In this document: in pieces, positions 1 to 9,752 of the stretch | Position numbering within the stretch: the stretch's first letter is position 1 | Layout: the number at the start of each line of letters is the position of its first letter | NCBI GenBank assembly: GCA_044224875.1 | Contig: JBGAJQ010000039.1 | Span: 1 to 50,180, forward strand | Reading direction: 5' to 3' | Length of the DNA stretch: 50,180 bases | Origin: Gemmatimonadaceae bacterium | GTDB lineage: Bacteria; Gemmatimonadota; Gemmatimonadetes; Gemmatimonadales; Gemmatimonadaceae | Notes under the pieces: model-generated | What the model saw: the letters and a program-made list of their open reading frames with translations, nothing else | The model's database searches: none | What the model was told of the DNA's origin: nothing | Program-made: the position numbers and the translations under genes

Positions 1-3
1 GGT

Positions 4-34
4 ATTGTACATATACCCCCTCCCCCTATGTCAA
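4..34 (-). promoter_or_regulatory. Leftward sigma70-type promoter with a CsoR/RcnR-like G-tract operator
   Basis: The minus strand reads TTGACA-tagggggagggggtatatg-TACAAT. The spacer contains ATAGGGGGAGGGGGTAT (plus strand ATACCCCCTCCCCCTAT, 13-29). Confidence 0.6.
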
Positions 35-269
35 GCGGGAATTCCCGCAAGCGGCTGGCGCCGCACCCGCCTTTCGCCTCCATCCTCGAGTGCAGTCGGC
101 CCAAGCTCGGGACCCGCCAACGCGCCCTGTGGGACGCCCAAGCTTCCGCCACCGGCATGGGCAGGCGGTGCCCTGTTCTCTCAGCTGATGGAAGTCGGTG
201 TCGACTCGAACGCCGGGGCGCGGTGCGTGCGGTTTATGGCCGGTGAGACACCTGCCGCTGCCGAGGGAC

Positions 270-530
270 CTAGTGCACCGAGAAGCCAGTGTCAGAGAGC
301 CGTTGAAGCACCCTGACCTTAACTTCCGCGGGCATGGGATGCTCTTCGCGCGTGGACTGGAGGGCATCCAGGAATCGCTTGGCGAAGTCGGCGTGCGGAA
401 CACAGCGCTGGCACTGCGTCAGATGTTGTCGGACCTCGGACATCCGGTCCTCCGTGAGCTCCTGATCCAAGTAGTCCCAGAGCTGCTTCAATGCCATGGT
501 ACAGTCGATGTGACGCGTTTCGTTAGGCAT
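270..530 (-). CDS. Soluble zinc-binding (zf-HC2/ZAS) anti-sigma factor
   Basis: MPNETRHIDC...LWDYLD.EL...HLTQCQRC gives Cys plus HxxxCxxC. No TM segment. The ATG at 530 overlaps the stop of the upstream sigma gene. Confidence 0.85.
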   Translation of the reverse strand: MPNETRHIDCTMALKQLWDYLDQELTEDRMSEVRQHLTQCQRCVPHADFAKRFLDALQSTREEHPMPAEVKVRVLQRLSDTGFSVH

Positions 531-1128
531 CGTCGGACGAGTCCTGACCATGGAGGTGTCGAGCGGACTGGTAGCCAGCATCGGCGGCGAAGGTTCTCAG
601 CTTCTCCTGCAAGTATCGACGGCCCCGAAAGAGACGAGAGCGGACCGTGCCAATGGGCACGCCGAGGATTTCCGAGGCCGCCTCGTATGACTGGTCCTCG
701 ACGTCCACGACCATGACGGCGGACCGGAACGGCTCGTCGAGGGAATCCAACGCCTCCTTGAGGGCCGGAGCAAGGTCGATGCGCGAGAGAAGCCGGTCGG
801 TGCCGTCATCGATCATCTGCTGCTGCACCCGAGCCGAAGCCACAGCCTCTGTGTCACCGTCCTCGAGCTCGACCTCGAGCCGATGCTTCTCGCGCGATCG
901 CAGGAAAGCGTTCCGACAAATCGTGAAAAGCCAGCGACGACAATCGCTCCCCGACTGGAAGGTGTGCCACGACCGGTACGCCCGAAGAAACGTCTCTTGC
1001 GTGATGTCCTCCGCGTCGGTGGCGTCGCGCGTTAGGGAGAGCGCAAATCGATACACGTCATCCAGCCAGGGAAGGGCCTCGCGCCGAAAGCTCGCATCGC
1101 GCTCCTGCGTGTCGCGCGTGTCAGCCAT
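523..1128 (-). CDS. ECF RNA polymerase sigma-70 factor (SigR/SigH-like)
   Basis: Region 2 DAEDITQETFLRAYRSW...WLFTICRN and region 4 SYEAASEILGVPIGTVRSRLFRGR. Confidence 0.93.
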   Translation of the reverse strand: MADTRDTQERDASFRREALPWLDDVYRFALSLTRDATDAEDITQETFLRAYRSWHTFQSGSDCRRWLFTICRNAFLRSREKHRLEVELEDGDTEAVASARVQQQMIDDGTDRLLSRIDLAPALKEALDSLDEPFRSAVMVVDVEDQSYEAASEILGVPIGTVRSRLFRGRRYLQEKLRTFAADAGYQSARHLHGQDSSDDA

Positions 1129-1434
1129 GCATAGCCACCGAAGTCAGTGAGACAGTGGAAGGTTCCCGACGGAGACGGGTTCGATAGGTGCGACTCCAAT
1201 AATACCTGCGTGTCGCATCGGCGCATGTGGGCGCCGACATCTGGTGGCTTGGCGGACTCGCCCGGGCGGTTGACAGGATCATGTGATTGGCGCGCTGATC
1301 GATGGGTGGAGCCTCGCCTGCGGTGGCCCTGTCCCGTCACTATTTTTCTCGTGTCCCTCGGCCGATGTTCCCGCCAGCTGCGTCATACTTCGGAGATGGC
1401 CCGCCCTAGACCAGAGAGCGTGGATCGCGCCACC

Positions 1435-2982
1435 ATGAGTGATCAGACACCAACGGCTGTCGGTGACACGCATGCTGTGAGCACCTCCCCCAGCGCGCCT
1501 CTCGCGACGTTCCTCGTTAGCCCGCAGGGCATGCTGTTGGAGGCCAATGCCGCCATGGTCGGCATGCTCGGCTTGGGGCTCGATGCCACGGTCGCTGACG
1601 TGGACTTCTTCGACGGCGTCCTCACCGATCCCAAGGATCGCGACCATTTCCAAGCGGATGCTGTGCGAGCCGGTGCCGCGCAGTGGTCCGAACAAACGTG
1701 GCGTCGAGCGGATGGCCGGACCTTCCAAGCGCGGGTGGCCGTGCGTGGCGTCCGTGGGCCGCAGGGAGAGCTGGTCCACCTCGAGGGTTTCGCCGAGGAT
1801 ATGACGGAGCGCCGGCGACTGGACGAAATCACGCGGCGCGACGAACGCATGGCGATGTTGGGGCGCACGTTGTCGGGCGTGGCACACGAAATCAACAACC
1901 CCCTCGCCGCCATCATCGGCTTTGCGCAGATCCTGCTCAAGACGGAACAGACGCCGCCGAATCGTCATGCGTTGGAGACCGTGTTGAGCGAAGCGCGCCG
2001 CGCTGCGCGCATCGTCAAGGACCTGCGCACCCTCGCACGCCGTCAAGAGCCGTCGAGTCGATCTACGGTTGACTTGCCGAGCATGGCGCGCACGATCGTC
2101 GCTGGCTTGCGTTCAGAAATGCAGCGGCACGCGATTCGGACCGACATCGATGCGGCCGGACACGCGGCGATGGTCTACGGGGATCCCGTACAGCTCGAAC
2201 AGGTCGTTCGGCACCTGATGGTCAATGCCATCCAATCGCTCGAGACGCGTGCGACGCGCGAGCGCGCCGATGCGACATCGTCGTACGCGCCCAGATTGAC
2301 GGTGCGGACCGGTGTGCATGCACGCAGCGTACGCGTGGAGGTGTGCGACAACGGGATCGGCATCGCCGCGAAGGATCTTCCGCATATTTGGGATCCCTTC
2401 TGGACCAACCGGGAGGAAGGGAAAGGCACAGGACTGGGGCTGGCGGTGGTGCACGGGATCGTCGCGGCGCATGACGGCACGATCGAGGTACGTTCTGACG
2501 CCGAGAATGGCACGTGCTTCACCATCATGCTGCCGCTGGCCATCGACTCGGCTGAACCGCGCGATGCAGAAGGTGTTCCGTCAGGTTCAACGCCCGGAGG
2601 GATCGCGGTGCGACCGCTTGACATCCTGATCGTGGATGATGAGCAGTCGCTCCGTACGTTGCTACAACGCATCTTCACCGATCGCGGTCATGCCGTGGTG
2701 ACGGCCGACAGCGGCGCCCAAGCGTTGCGGCTGGCGGAGCAATCGCCCTTTGACGTGGTCGTCTGTGACCTGCGCATGCCGACGATGGACGGTCGCGACG
2801 TGATCCAGCGCATGAGCGCGCTCCCCACCTGCGCGAACTCCCGTTTCGTGCTTTCCACCGGCGACGTGGCTGGTATATCGCCCCCCGCGCCAGGAACCGG
2901 CTCACGAATCGATGCGGTTGTCGCCAAACCTTACAACGTTTCCCTGTTGGTTGAGATCGTCGAGGGCACGGCAACCAGCTAG
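1435..2982 (+). CDS. Hybrid sensor histidine kinase (PAS-HisKA-HATPase-REC)
   Basis: PAS/PAC segment, H-box HEINNPL, N-box LMVNAIQ, DNGIGI, GTGLGL, and a receiver domain (ILIVDDE...CDLRMP...KPY). Start is uncertain (ATG 1396 or 1435). Confidence 0.9.
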   Translation: MSDQTPTAVGDTHAVSTSPSAPLATFLVSPQGMLLEANAAMVGMLGLGLDATVADVDFFDGVLTDPKDRDHFQADAVRAGAAQWSEQTWRRADGRTFQARVAVRGVRGPQGELVHLEGFAEDMTERRRLDEITRRDERMAMLGRTLSGVAHEINNPLAAIIGFAQILLKTEQTPPNRHALETVLSEARRAARIVKDLRTLARRQEPSSRSTVDLPSMARTIVAGLRSEMQRHAIRTDIDAAGHAAMVYGDPVQLEQVVRHLMVNAIQSLETRATRERADATSSYAPRLTVRTGVHARSVRVEVCDNGIGIAAKDLPHIWDPFWTNREEGKGTGLGLAVVHGIVAAHDGTIEVRSDAENGTCFTIMLPLAIDSAEPRDAEGVPSGSTPGGIAVRPLDILIVDDEQSLRTLLQRIFTDRGHAVVTADSGAQALRLAEQSPFDVVVCDLRMPTMDGRDVIQRMSALPTCANSRFVLSTGDVAGISPPAPGTGSRIDAVVAKPYNVSLLVEIVEGTATS

Positions 2983-3014
2983 GATGACAACCCAACCCAC
3001 TGCGTACCCGTCCG

Positions 3015-3650
3015 ATGACGCTCGCTGACCTTCGTCGTGAATACTCACTGGCATCGCTCGACCTCCCGGACGTGAGCAGCGATCCCATCGTGCAGTTCAA
3101 TCGCTGGTTCGAAGATGCGCGTCGTGCGGAGATGCTCGAGCCGAACGCGATGACGCTGGCAACCGTGGGTGCGGATGGCCGGCCGTCGGCCCGTGTCGTG
3201 CTGCTAAAGGACGTCAGCGGCGGGGGCTTCGTCTTCTTCACGAACTACCAGAGCCGCAAGGGGGCGGACCTGGACGGGCGTCGCATGGCGGCCCTCGTCT
3301 TCTATTGGAAGGAGATCGAGCGCCAAGTGCGAATTGAGGGGCAGGTGCAACGTGTGACAGCCGAGGAGTCCGCAGCCTACTTCCGCGAGCGACCGCGGGG
3401 GAGCCAGATCGGCGCCTGGGCCTCTCCGCAAAGCCAGGTGATCGCCGACCGTGGCTGGCTGGAACGCGAGGTCTCCCGAGTCGACGCGGAGTACGCGGGG
3501 CACGACGTCCCGCCTCCCCCCCACTGGGGCGGGTACCGGGTCATTCCGGACACCATCGAGTTCTGGCAGGGACGTCAGAGCCGGCTCCATGACCGATTGC
3601 GGTACCGCCGCGAAGGCGCTGGCTGGGCCGTCGTTCGCCTTGCCCCCTGA
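3015..3650 (+). CDS. pdxH: Pyridoxamine 5'-phosphate oxidase
   Basis: [46 protein letters not shown]-terminal RLAP. Confidence 0.96.
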   Translation: MTLADLRREYSLASLDLPDVSSDPIVQFNRWFEDARRAEMLEPNAMTLATVGADGRPSARVVLLKDVSGGGFVFFTNYQSRKGADLDGRRMAALVFYWKEIERQVRIEGQVQRVTAEESAAYFRERPRGSQIGAWASPQSQVIADRGWLEREVSRVDAEYAGHDVPPPPHWGGYRVIPDTIEFWQGRQSRLHDRLRYRREGAGWAVVRLAP

Positions 3651-3662
3651 TTTTGCGTTTGC

Positions 3663-4577
3663 TTAACTCGCTGTTCGTTCCGCGGCTCGCACCTCTTCGA
3701 GCAGCTTCGTATAGCTGTCGTAGCGCGCCGCACTGATTCGCCCCGCGCGGACCCCGTCGCGTACCGCGCAGGATGGCTCGGCCACGTGAATGCAATCGGC
3801 GAACCGGCATTCACCTAACGACGTAGCGAATTCCGGAAAGCAGCGATCGAGGGACGACGCCGCCAGCCCCCACAGCCCAATTTCGCGGAGCCCGGGGGTA
3901 TCCATCACCAACCCCCCATCGGGAAGCGGATGGGCGTGTGCGCCGACCGTGGTGTGGCGGCCCTTGTTTACGGACTCGGAGATCGCACTCACCCTCAAGT
4001 CGAGGCCGGGGTACATGGCGTTCAGCAGGGATGACTTTCCCACCCCGGAAGGCCCGGTCAGTGCCGAGTTCTTGCCTGCGAGCTGCTCGTGCAGCTCCAC
4101 CAATCCCTCACCCGTGACCCGGCTGGTGAAGTGCACGGGATATCCGACGCGGACGTACTCAGCAAAGAAATCTTCAGCCACCTGGCGAGCGACCAGATCC
4201 ACCTTGTTGACGACAATGCGCGGCGAAATGTCGTTCGCCTCCGCAATGACGAGGAATCGGTCCAGCATGCGCAGGTGCGGCTCGGGTGACACCATGGCGA
4301 ACACCACGATCACCTGGTCCAGGTTCGCGGCGACGACGCGTTCGCCATAGCCCTCGCCCGGAGATCGTCTCGCCAGCTGCGACCGGCGCGGCCATATGGA
4401 GGCGATGGCCCACGCGGTTCCGCGGGCCTCCTGCTCCAGTTCCACCTCGTCGCCGACGGCCAACTTGGTCTGCCCCTCGAGCTTCACCCGTCCGCGGAGG
4501 ATCGCATCGACCTGCACTCGATCTTCCGTCAGCACCGTCCAGATGCCGCCTGTACCACGAAGTACCGTCGCTCGCAT
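3663..4577 (-). CDS. rsgA: Ribosome small subunit-dependent GTPase A
   Basis: Circularly permuted GTPase motifs NKVD, GPSGVGKSS, GRHTT, DTPG, plus Zn finger CRFADCIH..EPSC. The ATG at 4577 overlaps the upstream TGA. Confidence 0.95.
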   Translation of the reverse strand: MRATVLRGTGGIWTVLTEDRVQVDAILRGRVKLEGQTKLAVGDEVELEQEARGTAWAIASIWPRRSQLARRSPGEGYGERVVAANLDQVIVVFAMVSPEPHLRMLDRFLVIAEANDISPRIVVNKVDLVARQVAEDFFAEYVRVGYPVHFTSRVTGEGLVELHEQLAGKNSALTGPSGVGKSSLLNAMYPGLDLRVSAISESVNKGRHTTVGAHAHPLPDGGLVMDTPGLREIGLWGLAASSLDRCFPEFATSLGECRFADCIHVAEPSCAVRDGVRAGRISAARYDSYTKLLEEVRAAERTAS

Positions 4578-4987
4578 CAGGCGGGCCGACCGCGATCGTC
4601 GGATTCGTCGCGCATCACGTCCCACCACCGTCGTTCGTCGCTTGGAGAGCGCTCGGCAATGACGGCATTGAGGATCATGCGAACCTCGGAGAGTGGCATG
4701 GCGCCGATCTCCTGGCGCACGGCGTCGGCGGTTTGTCCATAGCGTTGGTAGTCGCTCTCCAGGTGGGCTTCCACACCTTGTGGGCCAACTCGGCGCCAGC
4801 GGAGGAAGAGGAAGTACGCGGCATAGGCGGCGTCGGCGTGATCCACGCGATCGACAACGATTTCCACGCTGTACGATGATCCGTCCGTGCCCTCGAAGGC
4901 GGCGGGACGTCCGTGCACCAGCGCGTAGCCCCCGATCGTGTTGGCATCGCCCTTGGTATGGTCCGCGGGAAGATGTCGACCCGCCAT
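4577..4987 (-). CDS. Hypothetical protein
   Basis: 136-aa ORF packed between the proline dehydrogenase stop (2-nt gap) and the rsgA start (overlap). No family recognised. Confidence 0.7.
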   Translation of the reverse strand: MAGRHLPADHTKGDANTIGGYALVHGRPAAFEGTDGSSYSVEIVVDRVDHADAAYAAYFLFLRWRRVGPQGVEAHLESDYQRYGQTADAVRQEIGAMPLSEVRMILNAVIAERSPSDERRWWDVMRDESDDRGRPA

Positions 4988-4989
4988 AC

Positions 4990-5925
4990 CTAACGTGGGT
5001 TGCCCACGGTCTCGCGCACGATGTTGCCAAGAATGAACATCACGTTCGCCGGGCGTTCCGCGAGACGGCGCATCAGGTACGGATACCAGTGTGTCCCGTA
5101 CGGGACGTAGACGCGCACCCGGAACCCGTCGCGGACCAAGCGTTCCTGAAGATCGCGGCGCACCCCATAGAGCATCTGAAACTCGAACCGGTCCCTGGCG
5201 ATCTCCTCGCTGGACACGAAGTCACAAAGAGTGGCGATGATCTTCTCGTCGTGCGTGGCGAGGCCGGGATAGTTGCCGCTCGTGAGGAGGCGTTTGGCAC
5301 ACGCCAGATAGTTGCCGTCGACGTCCGCCTTCGAGGGAAAGGCGACGGTGGGGGGTTCTCGATACGCCCCCTTGCACAGCCGCACGCGGCATTGCCACTC
5401 GATCGCCGCCTCGACGTCGCCGGCCGTGCGCAGCAGGTAGCTCTGCAACACGATGCCGACTTGCGACGGAAACGCCGGATAGAGTTGTTCGCGAAAGAGT
5501 CGCAGCGTGCGCTCGGTGTAGGCGCTGCTCTCCATGTCCAACCGCACGAACGATTCATGGGCCCGTGCACGCTCCAGCACACTGCCGATGTTCGCCAGAC
5601 ATACCTCGTCCGAAATATCCTGGCCCATCGCCGTCAGCTTCACCGATACATTGGCGTTCAGCTGCTCGCCATGAAGGCGATCCAGCAACCGGCGATACTC
5701 GTCGGCGACCGCGGCCGCCTCGGCGGCGCTCGTAACGCTTTCACCCAGCAAATCCATCGTCGCCGTAATGCCCTTGCCGTTCAGTTCGCGCACCGCCCGC
5801 ACGGCGTCATCGATCGTCTCGCCAGCTACAAAGCGTGAGGCAAAGCGCTTGGCGATCGTGTTGTCACGAACGAACGCGAAGATCCGCGGTTGTCGTGAGA
5901 GATAGAGCAGGCTGCGACGAAGCAT
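4990..5925 (-). CDS. Monofunctional proline dehydrogenase
   Basis: RFVAGET, SVKLT, VRLDME, RLCKGAY, ATHD, EFQMLYG, YVPYG..WYPYLMRRLAERPAN. Confidence 0.93.
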   Translation of the reverse strand: MLRRSLLYLSRQPRIFAFVRDNTIAKRFASRFVAGETIDDAVRAVRELNGKGITATMDLLGESVTSAAEAAAVADEYRRLLDRLHGEQLNANVSVKLTAMGQDISDEVCLANIGSVLERARAHESFVRLDMESSAYTERTLRLFREQLYPAFPSQVGIVLQSYLLRTAGDVEAAIEWQCRVRLCKGAYREPPTVAFPSKADVDGNYLACAKRLLTSGNYPGLATHDEKIIATLCDFVSSEEIARDRFEFQMLYGVRRDLQERLVRDGFRVRVYVPYGTHWYPYLMRRLAERPANVMFILGNIVRETVGNPR

Positions 5926-6029
5926 GTGGACGGGTGCGAGTGCGCCACATGGGATGCGAGTCATCCAGGTGGCCTGCGGAATATACGAGCAGGCTCCAGC
6001 GCTCGTCATGCAGCCCGCCGCATTTGATC

Positions 6030-8306
6030 CTACAAATTGGTGAGTACAAAGGCGGTCAGCGTGTCGAAGAGATGCACCAAGGCATTTCCGCCGTCGATCG
6101 CATGCGTGCGATTGGGATACAGCATCAGTTGAACGGGCTTTCCCGCCTCGATCAGTCGTTCCAAGAGCTGGAGTGAGTTCTGAGGATGCACATTGTCATC
6201 CCCGGTGCCATGCACCAGGAGAAAACGGGCGGACAGGCCTGAGGTCAGCGTCAGTGTGGACGTTCGGCGATACCCGTCTGCGTTTTCCGACGGGGTTCGC
6301 ATGTATCGCTCGGTGTAGATGCTGTCATACAGTCGCCAGTCGGTCACGGGGGCGACCGCCATGCCCATCTTGAAGATGCTTCCTCCGCGCATCAGCGTCA
6401 TGGTCGCAAGAAATCCGCCATAGCTCCAACCCCAGAACCCAATGCGCGCGCCATCGACCCATGGCTGCGACGCCAGCCAACGCGCCGCGCTGATCTGGTC
6501 GTCGGACTCCGTGATCCCGAGCTGGCCTTGCGTGACCTTCCGGAAACTGCGTCCCCTCCAGGCCGAGCCGCGGTTGTCGACGACCACGACGACGTAACCG
6601 CGCTGGGCGAGCATCTGATGCCAGAGGTATCGGTCGCCGCCCCATGCATCGGTCACCTCCGGCGCGGCTGGCCCCCCGTAGGCGTACATGAGCACCGGAT
6701 ATTTCCGTGTCGCATCGAAACCGGTCGGAACGATCCGGTACGCATCCAGTCCAGAACCGTTAGGCAGCGGGATGCGCAGGAATTCTGGTGGCGGGAGTTT
6801 CAAGTCGGCCAAGCGCTCCCGGAGCAGGGAATTGTCGTCGATGACCCTCGACTTCCTCATCAATGGGAACTCGTACAGCGTCCGCTCCGGCGGACCATCC
6901 AGCGTGCTGCGATCGTCCACCGCCCATTGGCCGGTTGGACCGACCTGCAGGTCGTGCGCTCCCGTCGCCGACAACACCCGCGCTCCACCTACTTGCGCCC
7001 TCTTGCCGCCGCGAATGGAGAAGCGGAACACCTGCCGTTGCGCCGGTGTTGGCGCGGCCATGGTCACGTACAACATGTCGCGGGCCTCGTCGACCGCGAG
7101 TACGTCCAGGACATCGGCGCCATCCGTCGTGACTTGACGCAGCACCGTACCGTCGCGTGCGATGAGGAACACTTGCCGCCATCCCGTTCGATCGCTTGCC
7201 CACAAGAACGCGTCGCCCGAACGAAGCCACACCATGCCGTCGTTCTTCAACCCGACGAAGCCGGCGCCCACATAGGCAGAATCGCGATCGATCTCGACAC
7301 TCCGCCCCTCACCACTCGTCGCAGACAGCATCAGTAAGTCGGCGCGATCCTGACGTCGCGGGAAACGGGTGACTGCGATCGAATCGACGCCCACCCATTC
7401 CGCGCGCGGCAGGTAGAAGCCTGTGTCGGAGCCGGTGGCCAGCCATCGCGTGGCTCGGTCAGCGATGGACACCACGCCCAGACGCACGCGCGCGTTGGCC
7501 TCGCCCGCCTTTGGGTAGCGCATCATGTGGATGGTGGGACCCCTGGAGAGCTCATCCACGAGTGGATACTGGCCCACCTCGCGCTGGTCGAATCGCCAGA
7601 AGACCAACCGGCTTCCATCGGGACTCCAGCGGAAGGCGTCGTTCAGCCCCAACTCCTCCTCGTACACCCAATCGGCCGTACCATTGATGATGTCAGCATT
7701 TCCGTCGGTCGTCAGCTGCGACACCTGGCCTGTGGCGAGTTCCGTCACCCACAGGTTGTGGCCGCGCACGAACGCCACATGCGTGCTCGCCGGCGAAAAG
7801 CTGGCATACATCTCCAACTGCGCATCGTCGGCAATCGTCTGGGTCCACACGTCCTCGTCACGACGGATGGCCGGAGCTGGTTCGACGCCCGCCAGCGGCG
7901 TGAGCCGTTTTGTCGCGAGGTCCAGGACGTGGTACCTGCCCTGACTCCTCGTGCGCCACATGCGAACGGACGAGTGGAACAACAGGGCCTTGGTTTCATC
8001 TGGCGAGAGGGTTGCCGCCTCGACGTCGAGCCGAATTCCGCTCGTCGTGGTGAGCGCCGAGGCGTCGGCAAGGACGGTGCTGACACCAGTCACCAGATCG
8101 GTGCGCTGCAATACACTGCCGCCGGTGGAGTCGTGGCGGACTTCCAGCACCGAGCGGCCGTCGCGCATCCACTGCAGCGGTCCGAACGCAACGCCGGCAA
8201 ACTCGCGTGTGCCGAAGATCCGCGGCACGCTGAGTCGCTCTTGTGCAGCGAGCGACACAGGAATGACCAATGCCAGGAGAAGGAATGTCAGGCGTCGCAT
8301 GCCCAA
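6030..8306 (-). CDS. Secreted dipeptidyl peptidase IV-like S9B peptidase
   Basis: Signal peptide, DWVYEEE, YPKAG, nucleophile GWSYGG, YTERYM, GTGDDNVH, catalytic His in RTHAI. Confidence 0.93.
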   Translation of the reverse strand: MGMRRLTFLLLALVIPVSLAAQERLSVPRIFGTREFAGVAFGPLQWMRDGRSVLEVRHDSTGGSVLQRTDLVTGVSTVLADASALTTTSGIRLDVEAATLSPDETKALLFHSSVRMWRTRSQGRYHVLDLATKRLTPLAGVEPAPAIRRDEDVWTQTIADDAQLEMYASFSPASTHVAFVRGHNLWVTELATGQVSQLTTDGNADIINGTADWVYEEELGLNDAFRWSPDGSRLVFWRFDQREVGQYPLVDELSRGPTIHMMRYPKAGEANARVRLGVVSIADRATRWLATGSDTGFYLPRAEWVGVDSIAVTRFPRRQDRADLLMLSATSGEGRSVEIDRDSAYVGAGFVGLKNDGMVWLRSGDAFLWASDRTGWRQVFLIARDGTVLRQVTTDGADVLDVLAVDEARDMLYVTMAAPTPAQRQVFRFSIRGGKRAQVGGARVLSATGAHDLQVGPTGQWAVDDRSTLDGPPERTLYEFPLMRKSRVIDDNSLLRERLADLKLPPPEFLRIPLPNGSGLDAYRIVPTGFDATRKYPVLMYAYGGPAAPEVTDAWGGDRYLWHQMLAQRGYVVVVVDNRGSAWRGRSFRKVTQGQLGITESDDQISAARWLASQPWVDGARIGFWGWSYGGFLATMTLMRGGSIFKMGMAVAPVTDWRLYDSIYTERYMRTPSENADGYRRTSTLTLTSGLSARFLLVHGTGDDNVHPQNSLQLLERLIEAGKPVQLMLYPNRTHAIDGGNALVHLFDTLTAFVLTNL

Positions 8307-8537
8307 ACCGGAGTGAGTTGGCGCGAATCTTACCCGCTGATCCGCCGACAGCTAGCACATCACGCTCGGCCCTTCGAGTCCCCGATCTCACAGCCGGCCG
8401 GGTCCGCATCCTTCAAACCGTCACAACCATTCCTGATCAGGGGGCACGCGACCGACGCGGCTGGCATGATATGGGTGGAATCGCACCTGACGATGCGCGT
8501 CGCGTCACCAACTCGTCAGGTGAAGCTCGAGGGACCT

Positions 8538-9641
8538 TCAGCGCACGATGATCACGCCCACGGATCCGTTGAAGTCGTCCGTTTCACGGGCAAGGTTCGT
8601 CGGGACGTCCAGCTCCCTGCCGTTCAGGAGCAGGTTCAACCGGTGCGCCCCGGCGGAAACGTGGTAGTAGCCTTGCCATTCGCCCACGCCGATCTGGATC
8701 AGCGGTACGGCAATCCACTGCGTGAAGTCGGCCACCAGCTCCACCTTGGCGATCCCGGGCGCCCACACCCGAACTTCGCGCAGTTGCGCTGTGTCGTATG
8801 GCGCACCGATGGTCACGGCCAATCGCTCGCTGACTAGAAGTTCTGGTCGCCGCGGCGCCAGCGGCGCCGGTGGCGCAATGACGCGCCGATGCCGTCGCGG
8901 GAGCTTGCCGTCCGGAAGACGCAGGTTGATCGCCGCGTAACGACCACCGGGCAAGCCCTGCAGCAGGTCCACCGGGTACTTGCCGATGCTGAATGTCGTC
9001 ACGAAGTCGTGCCGCCACGGCATCACCAGTGTGAGCGACCCCCAGGCCACCGTCCCTCGCTGTGCCTCACCGAGACGAACACCTAACGATGCATCGAGTT
9101 GTGCGCGATGCCAGGGTGTGGATAGGCCCCCCTCCCAGTCGGACATCACGTCACCACCGGACAACTGCATGGGTGTAAAGGTCAGTCGGTATTCCGAGGC
9201 GCCACGCTGGAGGTAGCCGCTCCCTTCGCCCATGACGGTCGTCCGCCACGCTGAGCCGTCGAAGGTGCGCGCCAGCGACGCCCCGAAGTTCAGCCGGCGA
9301 TTGTTCGCCTCGAATCGCAGCCGGCTGGCGCCAAGGATCTGCATCGTCGGCATGAGACCTTGCTGTGCCGACGCACCCCCATCGACGATGACCTCCCCTC
9401 GCATACTGGTGAAGTAGCGCTGGAATGTCGGAGACAGGGAAATGGCGGGCGAGAGCTGGGAACCAATCAAGCTCCCCTGGGTGCTCCACCGACCATCGCT
9501 GAACAGGGAGAACAGCCCATTGGCGTTCAGGTCACCGCCGGCGCGATTCAGCGCGGCCGACTCGTACAGGGAGAGCGCGCCTAACGCCAACCCGTTGTCA
9601 TACCGGACGGCGGCAAAGCCCACGTCCCGCGTGCGAACCAC
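8538..9641 (-). CDS. Beta-rich (probable outer-membrane barrel) protein with a C-terminal glycogen-binding CBM48-like domain
   Basis: Amphipathic beta-strand pattern, Pro/Arg linker, then WAPGIAKVELVADFTQW...GEW...GAHRLNLLLNG. The true start probably lies further upstream, because the frame is open to 9752. Confidence 0.7.
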   Translation of the reverse strand: MVRTRDVGFAAVRYDNGLALGALSLYESAALNRAGGDLNANGLFSLFSDGRWSTQGSLIGSQLSPAISLSPTFQRYFTSMRGEVIVDGGASAQQGLMPTMQILGASRLRFEANNRRLNFGASLARTFDGSAWRTTVMGEGSGYLQRGASEYRLTFTPMQLSGGDVMSDWEGGLSTPWHRAQLDASLGVRLGEAQRGTVAWGSLTLVMPWRHDFVTTFSIGKYPVDLLQGLPGGRYAAINLRLPDGKLPRRHRRVIAPPAPLAPRRPELLVSERLAVTIGAPYDTAQLREVRVWAPGIAKVELVADFTQWIAVPLIQIGVGEWQGYYHVSAGAHRLNLLLNGRELDVPTNLARETDDFNGSVGVIIVR

Positions 9642-9752
9642 TTGCGCGCGAAGCGTGGATTCGCTGGGATCGCAGACGGCACAAAGTATTTGCGCGGCGA
9701 GGGCAAATGCCCCGCCGCGCTTGGCAAGTCGCGAAATACGGCGTCGGGAGGG

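Noticed and set aside
3663..5030. Long N-terminal extensions in the ORF track for rsgA (also greA, the MBL hydrolase, the S1 protease, propeller paralogues and ThiF)
   Set aside because: The extensions overlap neighbouring genes. Family motifs and stop/start overlaps point to the shorter starts.
7527..8837. 436-aa plus-strand ORF, and similar long ORFs at 4693-5838, 25386-26747 and 30757-31812
   Set aside because: They lie antisense to well-supported genes and have no recognisable motifs. Such shadow ORFs are expected at high GC.
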